64,000 nt of DNA. It comes from Smithella sp. (GTDB lineage Bacteria > Desulfobacterota > Syntrophia > Syntrophales > Smithellaceae). Numbering within the stretch: the stretch's first letter is position 1; the number at the start of each line of letters is the position of its first letter. The position numbers and the translations under genes were made by a program. The notes below the pieces were generated by a model. It was not told where the DNA came from. It did not search any database and was given only the letters and a program-made list of their open reading frames with translations. This document shows positions 10,797-20,827 of the stretch, in pieces. The stretch lies in contig JAGPFC010000002.1 of NCBI GenBank assembly GCA_018056685.1, positions 70,178 to 134,177 of the forward strand, read 5' to 3'.

Positions 10797-11719
10797 TATT
10801 TTTCTCCGATAATCACCACTTCCGTTTCCAGCGTTATACCCTTGTCCTGACGGGCTTTGGATTGAATCAGGTCAATAAGGCTCAGAATATCCGTTGCGGT
10901 GGCCCCACCCCGGTTAATGATAAAATTGGCATGCTTGGTCGATATCTGCGCTCCGCCTACTGTTGTCCCCTTGAGCCCCATTTCTTCAATGATTTTACCG
11001 GCCGGCACGCCCGGCAGATTCTTGAAAACGGATCCGGCACTGGGATACTCCAGCGGATGTTTTTCCTGACGCCACCGCATGATTTCGCTGATTCTGTCCC
11101 TGATCTTCGAGCGTTCGCCCTTTTCCAAATGAAATTGAGCGCTCAGAATGATGGTCGCGTCGGGAAAATCCGAATGCCGGTAACTGAAAGATATTTCGTC
11201 CCGGCGCATAGTTCTCTTGATAGATGATGCATCCAGTATGGTGACCTCCTGAATGACATCCTTCATTTCTTTGCCATAAGCCCCGGCATTCATCCAGACG
11301 GCGCCACCGACACTGCCGGGAATTCCGGCGCAAAATTCCAGGCCGGTCAGTTCCTGCGTCAAAGCGTGATGAACAACTTTAGACAGGGAGACACCTGCCA
11401 TAGCCGAAACCCGATACCTGCTTTCGGATGTCTGTTCACAACGGATATCGTTCATCCCCGTCATCAGCAATATGGCTCCTCTGTATCCCCCGTCCCGCAC
11501 AATGATGTTGGTTAAATTTCCCGCCGTAAAAAATTTTATATTCTTTTCTCTGAGCCTTTTGACAATCGCTATCAACTGATTTTCATTTTCTATCCATATG
11601 AGGGCGTCAGTGCTGCCTCCGACTTTCAGTGAGGTATGGGTGGACATTTTTTCATTGTACAATACCTTGCCGGCATCGATATTGCTGAGCGCCACTTTGA
11701 TTTCATTTCCAACGGTCAT
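10796..11719 (-). CDS. murB: UDP-N-acetylenolpyruvoylglucosamine reductase
   Basis: 307 aa. FAD-binding domain and a MurB C-terminal domain (GGAQISTKHANFIIN). Confidence 0.93.
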   Translation of the reverse strand: MTVGNEIKVALSNIDAGKVLYNEKMSTHTSLKVGGSTDALIWIENENQLIAIVKRLREKNIKFFTAGNLTNIIVRDGGYRGAILLMTGMNDIRCEQTSESRYRVSAMAGVSLSKVVHHALTQELTGLEFCAGIPGSVGGAVWMNAGAYGKEMKDVIQEVTILDASSIKRTMRRDEISFSYRHSDFPDATIILSAQFHLEKGERSKIRDRISEIMRWRQEKHPLEYPSAGSVFKNLPGVPAGKIIEEMGLKGTTVGGAQISTKHANFIINRGGATATDILSLIDLIQSKARQDKGITLETEVVIIGEK

Positions 11720-13131
11720 TGCTTTGCTGTTTCCCTTGCCACCAATGCTTTGATGAATGCTTCACCTATTTTGTAAATGCTTCCGGCGCCAATGGTCGCC
11801 ACTGTATCTTTTTCTTTGACGGTTTTAAGAAGGTATTCGACGGTTGCTTCCGCACCGGGAATATACTCCACATGCTGTTGTCCCGCTTTTCTGATCGCTT
11901 CGCCGAGCGCGGAGGAATTAATACCTTCAATCGGTTCCTCGCTGGCCGGATAGATATCGTTTAATATTAATATATCGACCGCGCTGAAGGCTCGGGTAAA
12001 CTCGTGAAACAGCGCCTTTGTGCGGGTATACCGGTGCGGCTGAAAGACAACGATCAACCGGTCCTGCCAGATCTGACGCATGGCCGCCAGTGTCTCTCTT
12101 ATTTCTGTCGGATGATGTCCATAATCATCAACCACGGTGATTTCTCCTACTCTTCCCTTGATTTCCAGACGGCGCTGCACACCGGAAAAGCTCTTCAGAC
12201 CTTCTTTGATTGTTGCGATATCCAGATTCAGTTCCCTGGCCACGGCGATCGCCGCCAGCGAATTGTAAACGTTGAACAGCCCGGGAACGATCAGTTCAAT
12301 TTGACCCAGTTTTTCACCTTTATAAACCAGGGTGTAGCAGGTTTTTCTTTTCGAAAATTTAATATCCACAGCACTGTAATCCGCAGGCGTCTCAATGCCA
12401 TAGGTGATCATTCTGCGCTTTATTGAAGGAATGATTTCCCGCACGTGCACGTTATCGACGCAGACAACCGTGCAGCCGTAAAAAGGAACGATGTTGGCGA
12501 ATTTGAGAAATGCATCCTTGATTTCAACGATGCCGGGATAATAATCCAGATGCTCGCGGTCGATATTGGTAATCACCGCGATGGTCGGCGATAATTTCAG
12601 GAAGGATCCGTCGCTTTCATCAGCTTCCGCCACAATAATTTCTCCATCCCCCAGACGGGCATTACTGCCGATACTGGCCAGTTTCCCGCCAATCACCATG
12701 GTCGGATCCAGATCGCCCTGCGCGAGGATGGTGGAAACCATGGATGTGGTCGTGGTTTTGCCGTGACTGCCGGAAACGGCAACAGAAAACTTCATCTTGA
12801 GCAGTTCCGCCAGCATTTCCGCACGTGGAATGACCGGAATCTTTTTCCGGTGTGCTTCCAACACTTCCGGATTGTTTTCTTTCACCGCCGTAGAGGTCAC
12901 CACCACATCGGCATTGCCGATATTTTCCGGCGCGTGTCCGATCACGATCTTCGCGCCAATCTTTTGCAACCGCGCCGTGGTATCCGACGGCTGAACATCG
13001 GAACCGCTCACATTATAACCGAGGTTCACCAGAACCTCCGCAATCCCGCTCATGCCGATGCCACCGATACCGACAAAATGAATGTGTTTCACTTTACGCT
13101 GCATCAGGCTTTTTTCTTTATCTTTTTTCAT
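11716..13131 (-). CDS. murC: UDP-N-acetylmuramate--L-alanine ligase
   Basis: 471 aa. IHFVGIGGIGMSGIAEVL and GSHGKTTTTSM motifs. Confidence 0.95.
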   Translation of the reverse strand: MKKDKEKSLMQRKVKHIHFVGIGGIGMSGIAEVLVNLGYNVSGSDVQPSDTTARLQKIGAKIVIGHAPENIGNADVVVTSTAVKENNPEVLEAHRKKIPVIPRAEMLAELLKMKFSVAVSGSHGKTTTTSMVSTILAQGDLDPTMVIGGKLASIGSNARLGDGEIIVAEADESDGSFLKLSPTIAVITNIDREHLDYYPGIVEIKDAFLKFANIVPFYGCTVVCVDNVHVREIIPSIKRRMITYGIETPADYSAVDIKFSKRKTCYTLVYKGEKLGQIELIVPGLFNVYNSLAAIAVARELNLDIATIKEGLKSFSGVQRRLEIKGRVGEITVVDDYGHHPTEIRETLAAMRQIWQDRLIVVFQPHRYTRTKALFHEFTRAFSAVDILILNDIYPASEEPIEGINSSALGEAIRKAGQQHVEYIPGAEATVEYLLKTVKEKDTVATIGAGSIYKIGEAFIKALVARETAKQ

Positions 13132-13146
13132 TCATCCTTCTCTTTT

Positions 13147-14256
13147 CTAATGGTAACTTTTCTTTTCCGTCATCAAGCAAATGCAGGCATCAACAATGGT
13201 CGCGGCCGCATTAATTTTGCTGATTCGCAATGAATTTTCTTCCATGCGTTTCAATTTTCTTTCATCCCGCAGCAGATTTTCCACAACACCAAATAATCTG
13301 GCGCCGCTGAGTTCCCGTTCCTCAATGACCGCCGCCGCACCTTCCGCCTCCAGTGCCCGAGCGTTTTTCAATTGATGATCGTTGGCCGCCCAGGGATACG
13401 GTATCAGAACGGCCGCCTTGCCTGCCGCCGTGATCTCCGCCAGCGAGGTGGCGCCGGCACGGCAGATGATCAGGTCCGAATTTGCATAAGCCTGTGCCAT
13501 TTCCATAATGAATGATTTGACGTCTGCCTGAATTCCGAATTGCCCGTAAGCTTTTTTAACTTCCTCCAGTTGCCGCTCGCCTGTCTGGTGTAAAATACGT
13601 ATTTTATCTTTTATCCCGCTTAATTGCGGCAGCATTTCGATAACGCTTTTGTTGATCGCTTCCGCTCCCTGTGAACCGCCAAAAATCAACAGTTGCCGAT
13701 ACGTGCTTTCCGGTTTCTCTTTCAGCTTCCGGGAGGCAAAAGAAGCCCGAACCGGATTGCCGCTGAACACAACCTTTGCCTCCGGGAAAAAAGTTCTGGT
13801 TTGCTCATACGTCACGAAGATCTTATCGGCAAATTTCCCCAGAATCTTATTGGTAACGCCGGGAATGGCATTTTGTTCCGCAATCGCAGTCGGCAAACCC
13901 ATCCAGTGAGCCATCAGCAACGCCGGCCCTGAAGCGTAACCGCCGACACCGATAACCATGTCCGGTCGAAACTGTTTTAAAATCCGTCTGGACTGACCCA
14001 TGCTTTTGGGAATCTGATAAACGACTTTCACCAACGCTTTTATCCCCCGGCCCTTGACGCCTTCAATATCAATTTCCCTGAGTTCATAACCCAGTTGACC
14101 GAGCAGCCGGCTTTCAATGCCTCTTTTTGTCCCGATAAAAATAATCTGCGTCCGGTCATCTCTTTTCAAAAATTCTTCCGCAATCGCAATCCCGGGAAAT
14201 AAATGTCCGCCCGTTCCTCCTCCCGCAATTACGATCCGCATTGTTTTCTCCATCAA
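13147..14256 (-). CDS. murG: undecaprenyldiphospho-muramoylpentapeptide beta-N-acetylglucosaminyltransferase
   Basis: 369 aa. IAGGGTGGHLFPGIAIAEE signature. Confidence 0.95.
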   Translation of the reverse strand: MMEKTMRIVIAGGGTGGHLFPGIAIAEEFLKRDDRTQIIFIGTKRGIESRLLGQLGYELREIDIEGVKGRGIKALVKVVYQIPKSMGQSRRILKQFRPDMVIGVGGYASGPALLMAHWMGLPTAIAEQNAIPGVTNKILGKFADKIFVTYEQTRTFFPEAKVVFSGNPVRASFASRKLKEKPESTYRQLLIFGGSQGAEAINKSVIEMLPQLSGIKDKIRILHQTGERQLEEVKKAYGQFGIQADVKSFIMEMAQAYANSDLIICRAGATSLAEITAAGKAAVLIPYPWAANDHQLKNARALEAEGAAAVIEERELSGARLFGVVENLLRDERKLKRMEENSLRISKINAAATIVDACICLMTEKKSYH

Positions 14257-14278
14257 ATCAAACTCACCGAAATTACCC

Positions 14279-15388
14279 CTATGCTGTCTGGGTCGAAATA
14301 TTCAGCAGAATACCGACCGCCGTCATACTCATAATAAAAGCCGTCCCGCCGTAACTTAAGAAAGGCAGAACCAGGCCTTTCAACGGAATCAGTCCCATTA
14401 CACCGGCGATGTTGATGAATGCTTCCAGAGAAATCACCATCGTCAGACCGGCCGCCAGTAAAGTCCCGAAAAGATCGGGCGCTTTTAAAGCGATGACAAA
14501 ACCGCGGAAGGCAAAAAGTGCAAACATGGCAATGACAATTGCTACACCGATAAAGCCGCTTTCCTCGGCAATAATGGAAAGAATGAAATCCGTATGCGGT
14601 TCGGGCAGATAAAATAACTTCTGCATGCCGTCGCCGATGCCCACGCCGAAGGCTCCGCCGGAACCGAAAGAAATCAGCGACTGGATGATCTGAAAACCGG
14701 TATTATCCGCGTCCTTCCAGGGATCCAGAAAGGCGGTTAAACGAGTCAATCTGTAACCCTTATATAAAATCAGTGCTATACCAATGGGAATGAAAGCACC
14801 AACCAGACACAGAAGATGATTCATCTGCGCTCCTGCTATGCACAACATCATCAGCAAAATGGTGGCGATAATCGCCGATGTTCCGAAATCCGGTTCGAGC
14901 AGGATCAGCAGAATGACAAAGGCTGTCACACCCAGAGGCACCAGTACGCCTTTGGTAAAGTTTGTGATTTGATACGCTTTGCGCGTCAGCAAATGAGCGA
15001 GGAAAATCACCATCGTGATCTTAACCATCTCAGTAACCTGGAAGGAAAATCCGCCTAAATTCAACCAGCGGGTGGCTCCCCCGCGCCTCATGCCCACGGA
15101 AGGAATAAACAGCATCGTCAATAACACAATGGACAACAGGATACCGGGATAGGCTAATTTTCTTAAGTATTCGTAGGGAAGTTTTGTCATGACAATCATG
15201 GAAATCATTCCAAGGAAAACGAACGCCAGTTGTTTCTTCAAAAAATACTGACTGTCCTTGAATTTCTCGAGGGCAATAATGGAACTGGACGAATAAATCA
15301 TCGCCGTACCGACCACCACCAGAAGCAGTGTTACCAAAAGAAGAATAACGTCCGGCATCCTGTCCTCTTTCTTATACGCGGCTTCCAT
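14279..15388 (-). CDS. ftsW: SEDS-family peptidoglycan polymerase FtsW
   Basis: 369 aa polytopic SEDS protein. Position between murD and murG. Confidence 0.9.
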   Translation of the reverse strand: MEAAYKKEDRMPDVILLLVTLLLVVVGTAMIYSSSSIIALEKFKDSQYFLKKQLAFVFLGMISMIVMTKLPYEYLRKLAYPGILLSIVLLTMLFIPSVGMRRGGATRWLNLGGFSFQVTEMVKITMVIFLAHLLTRKAYQITNFTKGVLVPLGVTAFVILLILLEPDFGTSAIIATILLMMLCIAGAQMNHLLCLVGAFIPIGIALILYKGYRLTRLTAFLDPWKDADNTGFQIIQSLISFGSGGAFGVGIGDGMQKLFYLPEPHTDFILSIIAEESGFIGVAIVIAMFALFAFRGFVIALKAPDLFGTLLAAGLTMVISLEAFINIAGVMGLIPLKGLVLPFLSYGGTAFIMSMTAVGILLNISTQTA

Positions 15389-16735
15389 TTACAGATTCCT
15401 CACCACTTCCTTAAAATAATTTCCTCTTTCCTTATAATTGGTAAACTCATCAAAACTGGCGCAGCCGGGTGACAGCAGAACAATATCTCCGGCCTTCGCG
15501 TTTTGATAAGCACTCTCCACGGCTTCCTTTAGTGTTTCTTTTTTCACAAGCGGTTGATCTTCACTGATGAGCGAAGCAATGCGCTCACGCGCTTCGCCGA
15601 ACAAAATCACGTGCTTTGTTTTTGTTTTCAACAACGGCCGTAAGGTTTCAAAATCACCGTCTTTGTCCCGACCGCCTAAAAGTAAAATAACCGGTTGCTC
15701 AAAAGTCTCTAGCGCCCGCAGCACCGAGCCGACATTCGTTCCCTTGGAATCATCGTAAAATTTGATTGATTTTTTCTCTCCCGCAAATTCGATGCGGTGC
15801 GGCAGTCCGCGGAACGCTTTGATCGACGCGATGATATTCTCACGGGAACAGCCGCAAAGACGCGCAGCCGTGATCGCTGCCATCACATTTTCCACATTAT
15901 GGGCGCCCGGCAGATGAATCATGTCCAAAGGATAACTTTCTTCGGCCACCTGCGGAATGGTCAAAACAATTGTTTCGTTCCGGATAAAGATACCTTCCGG
16001 TAAAATATTTTTTGAACTGAATTTGCAGATCTGCGCGTTGATTGATTCTGATATCCCTTCCTGTTCCTGATCTTCAGCGTTCAGAATGGCAAAATCATTT
16101 TTAGTCTGACGGGCAAATACGCTGGCCTTCACCCGGCGGTATTCGTCAAACGAACCGTGATAGTTGATGTGGTCGCAGGTAATATTCAAAAGCACGGCAA
16201 TGAACGGCTTGAATTGTTCGATCCACTGCAATTGGAAACTGCTGATTTCCGCCACAACAAAATCATCCTGTTGAGCTGTTTCCGCGTATTCGATTAAGGG
16301 ATTGCCGATATTGCCGCCGACAAATACTTTCTTTCCGGACGTCCTGAAAATTTCTCCTAAAAGCGTGGTCGTTGTCGTTTTGCCATTGGTTCCGGTCACG
16401 GCAATGATCGGAACGCTGATCAACCGGTAGGCCAGTTCAATTTCACTGAACACGGTTATATTTTTTTTCAAAGCTTCGACCAGCAATGGATTGTTTGGAG
16501 GAATCCCCGGAGAAGGGACAACCATCGTGGCACCATTTAAAATACTGGCATCGTGATAGTCGCCGGTCTCCAGCCACTTTTCTTCGGCAATCTGTCTGTA
16601 TGCATCGCCCCATTGATCCGGCGATTTTTCATCCGTCACGATGACCGTCGCGCCCTGCCTTCCCAGGAATCCGGCCGCGGCAATGCCGGTTTTACCCATG
16701 CCGATCACGACTATTTTTTTGCCTTTGAAATCCAT
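15389..16735 (-). CDS. murD: UDP-N-acetylmuramoylalanine--D-glutamate ligase
   Basis: 448 aa. GMGKTGIAAAGFL and GTNGKTTTTTL motifs. Confidence 0.95.
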   Translation of the reverse strand: MDFKGKKIVVIGMGKTGIAAAGFLGRQGATVIVTDEKSPDQWGDAYRQIAEEKWLETGDYHDASILNGATMVVPSPGIPPNNPLLVEALKKNITVFSEIELAYRLISVPIIAVTGTNGKTTTTTLLGEIFRTSGKKVFVGGNIGNPLIEYAETAQQDDFVVAEISSFQLQWIEQFKPFIAVLLNITCDHINYHGSFDEYRRVKASVFARQTKNDFAILNAEDQEQEGISESINAQICKFSSKNILPEGIFIRNETIVLTIPQVAEESYPLDMIHLPGAHNVENVMAAITAARLCGCSRENIIASIKAFRGLPHRIEFAGEKKSIKFYDDSKGTNVGSVLRALETFEQPVILLLGGRDKDGDFETLRPLLKTKTKHVILFGEARERIASLISEDQPLVKKETLKEAVESAYQNAKAGDIVLLSPGCASFDEFTNYKERGNYFKEVVRNL

Positions 16736-16740
16736 TTCTT

Positions 16741-17820
16741 TTACCTTAACTTCAGCGTACTGATGGCCAGCAACGCCAGCAATATCGAAATGATCCAGAA
16801 CCGGACAATCACTTTTGGTTCCGCCCAGCCCTTCAATTCAAAATGATGATGCAGGGGAGCCATCCGCAGAATCCGTTTCCCGCCGGTCATCTTAAAATAA
16901 GCCACCTGAGCAATGACTGAAAAGGTTTCCACCACAAAGATACCCCCCACGATGGCCAGCAGAATTTCCTGTTTCGTAATGACGGCCACTGTCCCCAGAG
17001 CTCCGCCCAACGAAAGCGAACCGACATCTCCCATGAACACTTCCGCCGGATAAGCATTGAACCAGAGAAAGCCCAGCCCGGCCCCGACCAGCGCTCCGCA
17101 AAAGACCGCCAGTTCACCCGCGCCGGGAATGTAGGGAACGCGCAAATACGATGCCACTTTGATATTGCCGGCAAAATAGGCGAACAGGATGTACGTGGCA
17201 AAACAGATCACGGCCGGGCCAATCGCCAGGCCATCCAGACCGTCTGTTAAATTGACGGCATTGGCCGCCCCCACGATAATAAAAGTGGAAAGAAGAATAT
17301 AGCCCCAGCCGATATCAGGTAAAAGCGTTTTGAAAAAGGGAATCGTCACGTTCAGATTAAATTCCGGTTTCAAATAAAGAATCACGCTGACGAACAGGGC
17401 GATAATGATTTCCGCTATTAATCTTGTTTTGCCGGGAATCCCCCTGGAACTTTTGCCGGCGAGTTTGCTGTAATCATCAATGAATCCGATCAATCCGTAT
17501 CCTGCCGTCACCAGCAAAACCAGCCAGACATAACTCATTGACAGATTGGCCCAGAGGAACGTGGAAATGACCACCGCAAAGATCATTAACATGCCGCCCA
17601 TGGTCGGCGTTCCCTTCTTTACCAGATGGCTTTGCGGCCCGTCTTCCCGAATCTGCTGACCGATTTGCATTTGCTGCAATTTCTGAATCATCCATTTTCC
17701 GAAAATAAGGCAAATCAGCAGCGCCGTGATGGAAGCGAAAATAGTCCGAAACGTGATATAACGAAACACGTTAAAAAACGAAATCGTTGTGTGTAACGGA
17801 TATAATAAATGATAAATCAA
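16741..17820 (-). CDS. mraY: phospho-N-acetylmuramoyl-pentapeptide transferase
   Basis: 359 aa polytopic protein. [13 protein letters not shown] and PLHHHFE motifs. Confidence 0.96.
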   Translation of the reverse strand: MIYHLLYPLHTTISFFNVFRYITFRTIFASITALLICLIFGKWMIQKLQQMQIGQQIREDGPQSHLVKKGTPTMGGMLMIFAVVISTFLWANLSMSYVWLVLLVTAGYGLIGFIDDYSKLAGKSSRGIPGKTRLIAEIIIALFVSVILYLKPEFNLNVTIPFFKTLLPDIGWGYILLSTFIIVGAANAVNLTDGLDGLAIGPAVICFATYILFAYFAGNIKVASYLRVPYIPGAGELAVFCGALVGAGLGFLWFNAYPAEVFMGDVGSLSLGGALGTVAVITKQEILLAIVGGIFVVETFSVIAQVAYFKMTGGKRILRMAPLHHHFELKGWAEPKVIVRFWIISILLALLAISTLKLR

Positions 17821-17837
17821 TTTAAAGTCGCTCCCGG

Positions 17838-19286
17838 CTAATCTGTTATTCTACTATTTTCAACGATTTTATCCGAACCGAAATGATCACAAATTTGAGA
17901 CACGATTTTCTCCATCTTCATTCCCCGTGAACCTTTAACCAGAATCCAGTCTCCCTTTTTCAAACGTTCTTTCAGATAACCAACACCGCTATCCTGCTCC
18001 AACAGAAAGAAAATATTATCCGGCGACAATCCGCCTTCCCTCGCTCCGGCAGCTGTTACCCCGGCAAAATCACCTTTCAGGAACAGAGCATGGACGCCGA
18101 TCGTCGCCATCAGCATCCCTATCTTTCTATGCATTTCTTCAGACTGATCTCCCAATTCCAGCATGTCGCCCAGAAAAACGTAAGCATTATGGTTGGATTT
18201 CAAATCTTTCAGCGACATCAGGGCCTCCCGTACCGATGCGGGATTGGCATTATAGGAATCGTCAATCAGAAAAGCCCCGTTACGCAGCTTGATGATTTCC
18301 ATGCGACCGCTGAACGGTCGGAACGAACCCAATCCTTCCGATATCGTCCGGATATCCACACCGGCGGCAAATGCCGTGGCCGCCGCCGCCATGGCGTTAT
18401 GCACATGATGCAGACCGACAATCTTTATTTCGGTCTTCTGCGTCTGATCACCGATGATCAGATTAAAACGCATTCCCCTGGCCCCGTTTTTTTCGATATC
18501 CTTCACCGTCACATCAGCGTTGGGACTCATACTGAACGTTATTTTCTTTCCCTTCCATTGTTCTGCGGATTCCGTGATTAACGCATCGTCCAGATTAATC
18601 ACTGCAGTTCCCGACGGTGACATGTTGAAAAATAAATCACTCTTCTCGTCTCTGACAACCGCCATGGAACCGAATCCCGCCAGATGCGCCGGGCCGATGT
18701 TGGTGATCAATCCAATGTCAGGGTTCGCTATCTGCGTCAGTCTTCTGATTTCTCCCCTGGTATTCGTACCCATTTCCAGAATCGCCAGCTCGTCTTCATC
18801 GGTAAGACGCAATATCGTCTGAGGCAATCCAATCAGATTGTTAAGATTGCCTTCTGTTTTTAAAGTTTTTTTCACCCCGTCCGTGACGGCTGCAATCATT
18901 TCTTTTGTCGTTGTCTTGCCGGAAGAACCGGTTAATCCGATAACCGGAATGGAAAACTTTTTTCTCCAGTAATGAGCCAGTTCTCCCAGGGAAAAAAGTG
19001 TATCCGCGACCTTGATGACCGCAACTTTTTTAGTCGCTTTGCCCCGAGGAACCTTTCCCTCATCTTGAATCAAGAGTCCCGAAACACCTTCTTTGATCGC
19101 CGTTTCGATAAAATCATGGCCGTCAAACTTTTCACCCTTGAGGGCAACAAAAAGATTTCCCTTTTGAATCAGGCGGGAATCGGTGGAGATGCCCTGAAAA
19201 ATGGTTTCCACCGTTCCGGAAATGAAAGTTCCTGACGTTGCTTGCAATACTTCAGTTACTGAAAAAACAGGCGATTTCTTGATCAT
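17838..19286 (-). CDS. murF: UDP-N-acetylmuramoyl-tripeptide--D-alanyl-D-alanine ligase
   Basis: 482 aa Mur ligase ([14 protein letters not shown]). Position in the dcw cluster. Confidence 0.93.
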   Translation of the reverse strand: MIKKSPVFSVTEVLQATSGTFISGTVETIFQGISTDSRLIQKGNLFVALKGEKFDGHDFIETAIKEGVSGLLIQDEGKVPRGKATKKVAVIKVADTLFSLGELAHYWRKKFSIPVIGLTGSSGKTTTKEMIAAVTDGVKKTLKTEGNLNNLIGLPQTILRLTDEDELAILEMGTNTRGEIRRLTQIANPDIGLITNIGPAHLAGFGSMAVVRDEKSDLFFNMSPSGTAVINLDDALITESAEQWKGKKITFSMSPNADVTVKDIEKNGARGMRFNLIIGDQTQKTEIKIVGLHHVHNAMAAAATAFAAGVDIRTISEGLGSFRPFSGRMEIIKLRNGAFLIDDSYNANPASVREALMSLKDLKSNHNAYVFLGDMLELGDQSEEMHRKIGMLMATIGVHALFLKGDFAGVTAAGAREGGLSPDNIFFLLEQDSGVGYLKERLKKGDWILVKGSRGMKMEKIVSQICDHFGSDKIVENSRITD

Positions 19287-19290
19287 GAAT

Positions 19291-20820
19291 TTATTGCAAT
19301 CCGCTCCTTGATTCTAAAATCTTCCGGGCTACGACACGATCATCAAAAGCTATCTTTTCCGTTCCCAGAATCTGGTAATCCTCATGGCCCTTTCCCGCAA
19401 TGAGAATGATGTCCTCTTTTTCAGCCGCGCCGATCGCCGCTTCAATCGCTTTTCGTCTGTCCGGAATGACGGCATATAATCTGCGATCGCCGTTAAATTT
19501 CAATGAGGCAGCTTCCACTTTTCTGACTTTATTCGGGTCAATCCCAGCTTCTATTTCAGCGATGATCGCCAGCGGGTCCTCCAAGCGGGGATTGTCGGAC
19601 GTGACAATGGTCAGATCACTGTAGCTGACAGCCGCTTCTCCCATCAGCGGTCTCTTGCCTCTGTCTCGGTTTCCGCCACAACCGAAAACGGTAATAATTC
19701 TTTTTTTCCTGAGTTCATTCAGCGTTTGCAGCACCCGTCTTAATGCATCATCCGTATGCGCATAATCGACAAAAACATTGAACGGCTGCGAAGAAGCCAC
19801 CGGCTCCAGCCGACCCGGAACATTGGATAATTTTTCAATGCCCTTTTGAATAACCGGAGCGGGAATTTGTAAAATAAAAGCCGCTCCCATGGCGGCTAAA
19901 ATATTGTAGAGATTAAATTTACCGATGAGGGGCGATTTGATGAAGACGGTGTCTCCCGCCAGATGAATTTCCGCATGGATGCCTTTCAGTGACAATTCAT
20001 AATTAACCGGCCTGACGTCCCGGTTACCTTCCATTCCGTAAGTGAGCGCCGGCAGCGATACCTCATTCAGAATCCTTTGTCCCCAGGAATCATCGGCATT
20101 GATCACCATCTTTTGCGGATGAACCTTCCTGCTTTGCGGCAGAATGTCGGAGAAAAATCTCTTCTTGGCCTGAAAATAATTTTCCATGGTCAGATGATAA
20201 TCAAGATGGTCGCGCGTGAGATTGGTAAAGATACCCAGATCAAAATCACAGTCATCCACCCGCTTCAAATCCACCGCATGAGAGGACACCTCGGACACAA
20301 CATGGGTAATGCCGTCATCAGCCATGTCGCGCATGATTTTCTGCATTTCATAAGATTCGGGCGTTGTGTTGGGCGCCGGACGGATTTTATCATGGTAACG
20401 ATAGTTAACGGTTCCGAGAACGCCGCATGGGAAACCCGCTTCTTTCAGGATGGATTCCAGAAGATAAGAGATCGTTGTCTTTCCGTTAGTGCCCATGACC
20501 GCAATTAAAGTTAGATTCGCGGACGGATCGTTAAAATAATTCCTGGCGATAAGGCCGAGAGCGCGACGGCTGTCGGCTACTTTTATCGCCGTCACCGACG
20601 ATGGAAACTGCCGATCCTGTTCATAAACAATAAACTTTGCGCCTCTTGATACCGCCTCATCAATAAAATCATGTCCGTCATTCATCAGGCCTTTGATGGC
20701 GACAAAAAGAGAATTTTCGACGCACTGATTTGCAGAAAAAAATACTCCGGAAACGTCTTCCGCAGTTTTTCCTGTATGATCGATGATGTCCAGTCCTTTC
20801 ATTAACCGAGTCAGTTGCAC
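19291..20820 (-). CDS. murE: UDP-N-acetylmuramoyl-L-alanyl-D-glutamate--2,6-diaminopimelate ligase
   Basis: 509 aa Mur ligase (MGTNGKTTISYLL, DNPR motif). Position in the dcw cluster. Confidence 0.93.
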   Translation of the reverse strand: MQLTRLMKGLDIIDHTGKTAEDVSGVFFSANQCVENSLFVAIKGLMNDGHDFIDEAVSRGAKFIVYEQDRQFPSSVTAIKVADSRRALGLIARNYFNDPSANLTLIAVMGTNGKTTISYLLESILKEAGFPCGVLGTVNYRYHDKIRPAPNTTPESYEMQKIMRDMADDGITHVVSEVSSHAVDLKRVDDCDFDLGIFTNLTRDHLDYHLTMENYFQAKKRFFSDILPQSRKVHPQKMVINADDSWGQRILNEVSLPALTYGMEGNRDVRPVNYELSLKGIHAEIHLAGDTVFIKSPLIGKFNLYNILAAMGAAFILQIPAPVIQKGIEKLSNVPGRLEPVASSQPFNVFVDYAHTDDALRRVLQTLNELRKKRIITVFGCGGNRDRGKRPLMGEAAVSYSDLTIVTSDNPRLEDPLAIIAEIEAGIDPNKVRKVEAASLKFNGDRRLYAVIPDRRKAIEAAIGAAEKEDIILIAGKGHEDYQILGTEKIAFDDRVVARKILESRSGLQ

Positions 20821-20827
20821 GCTAACC

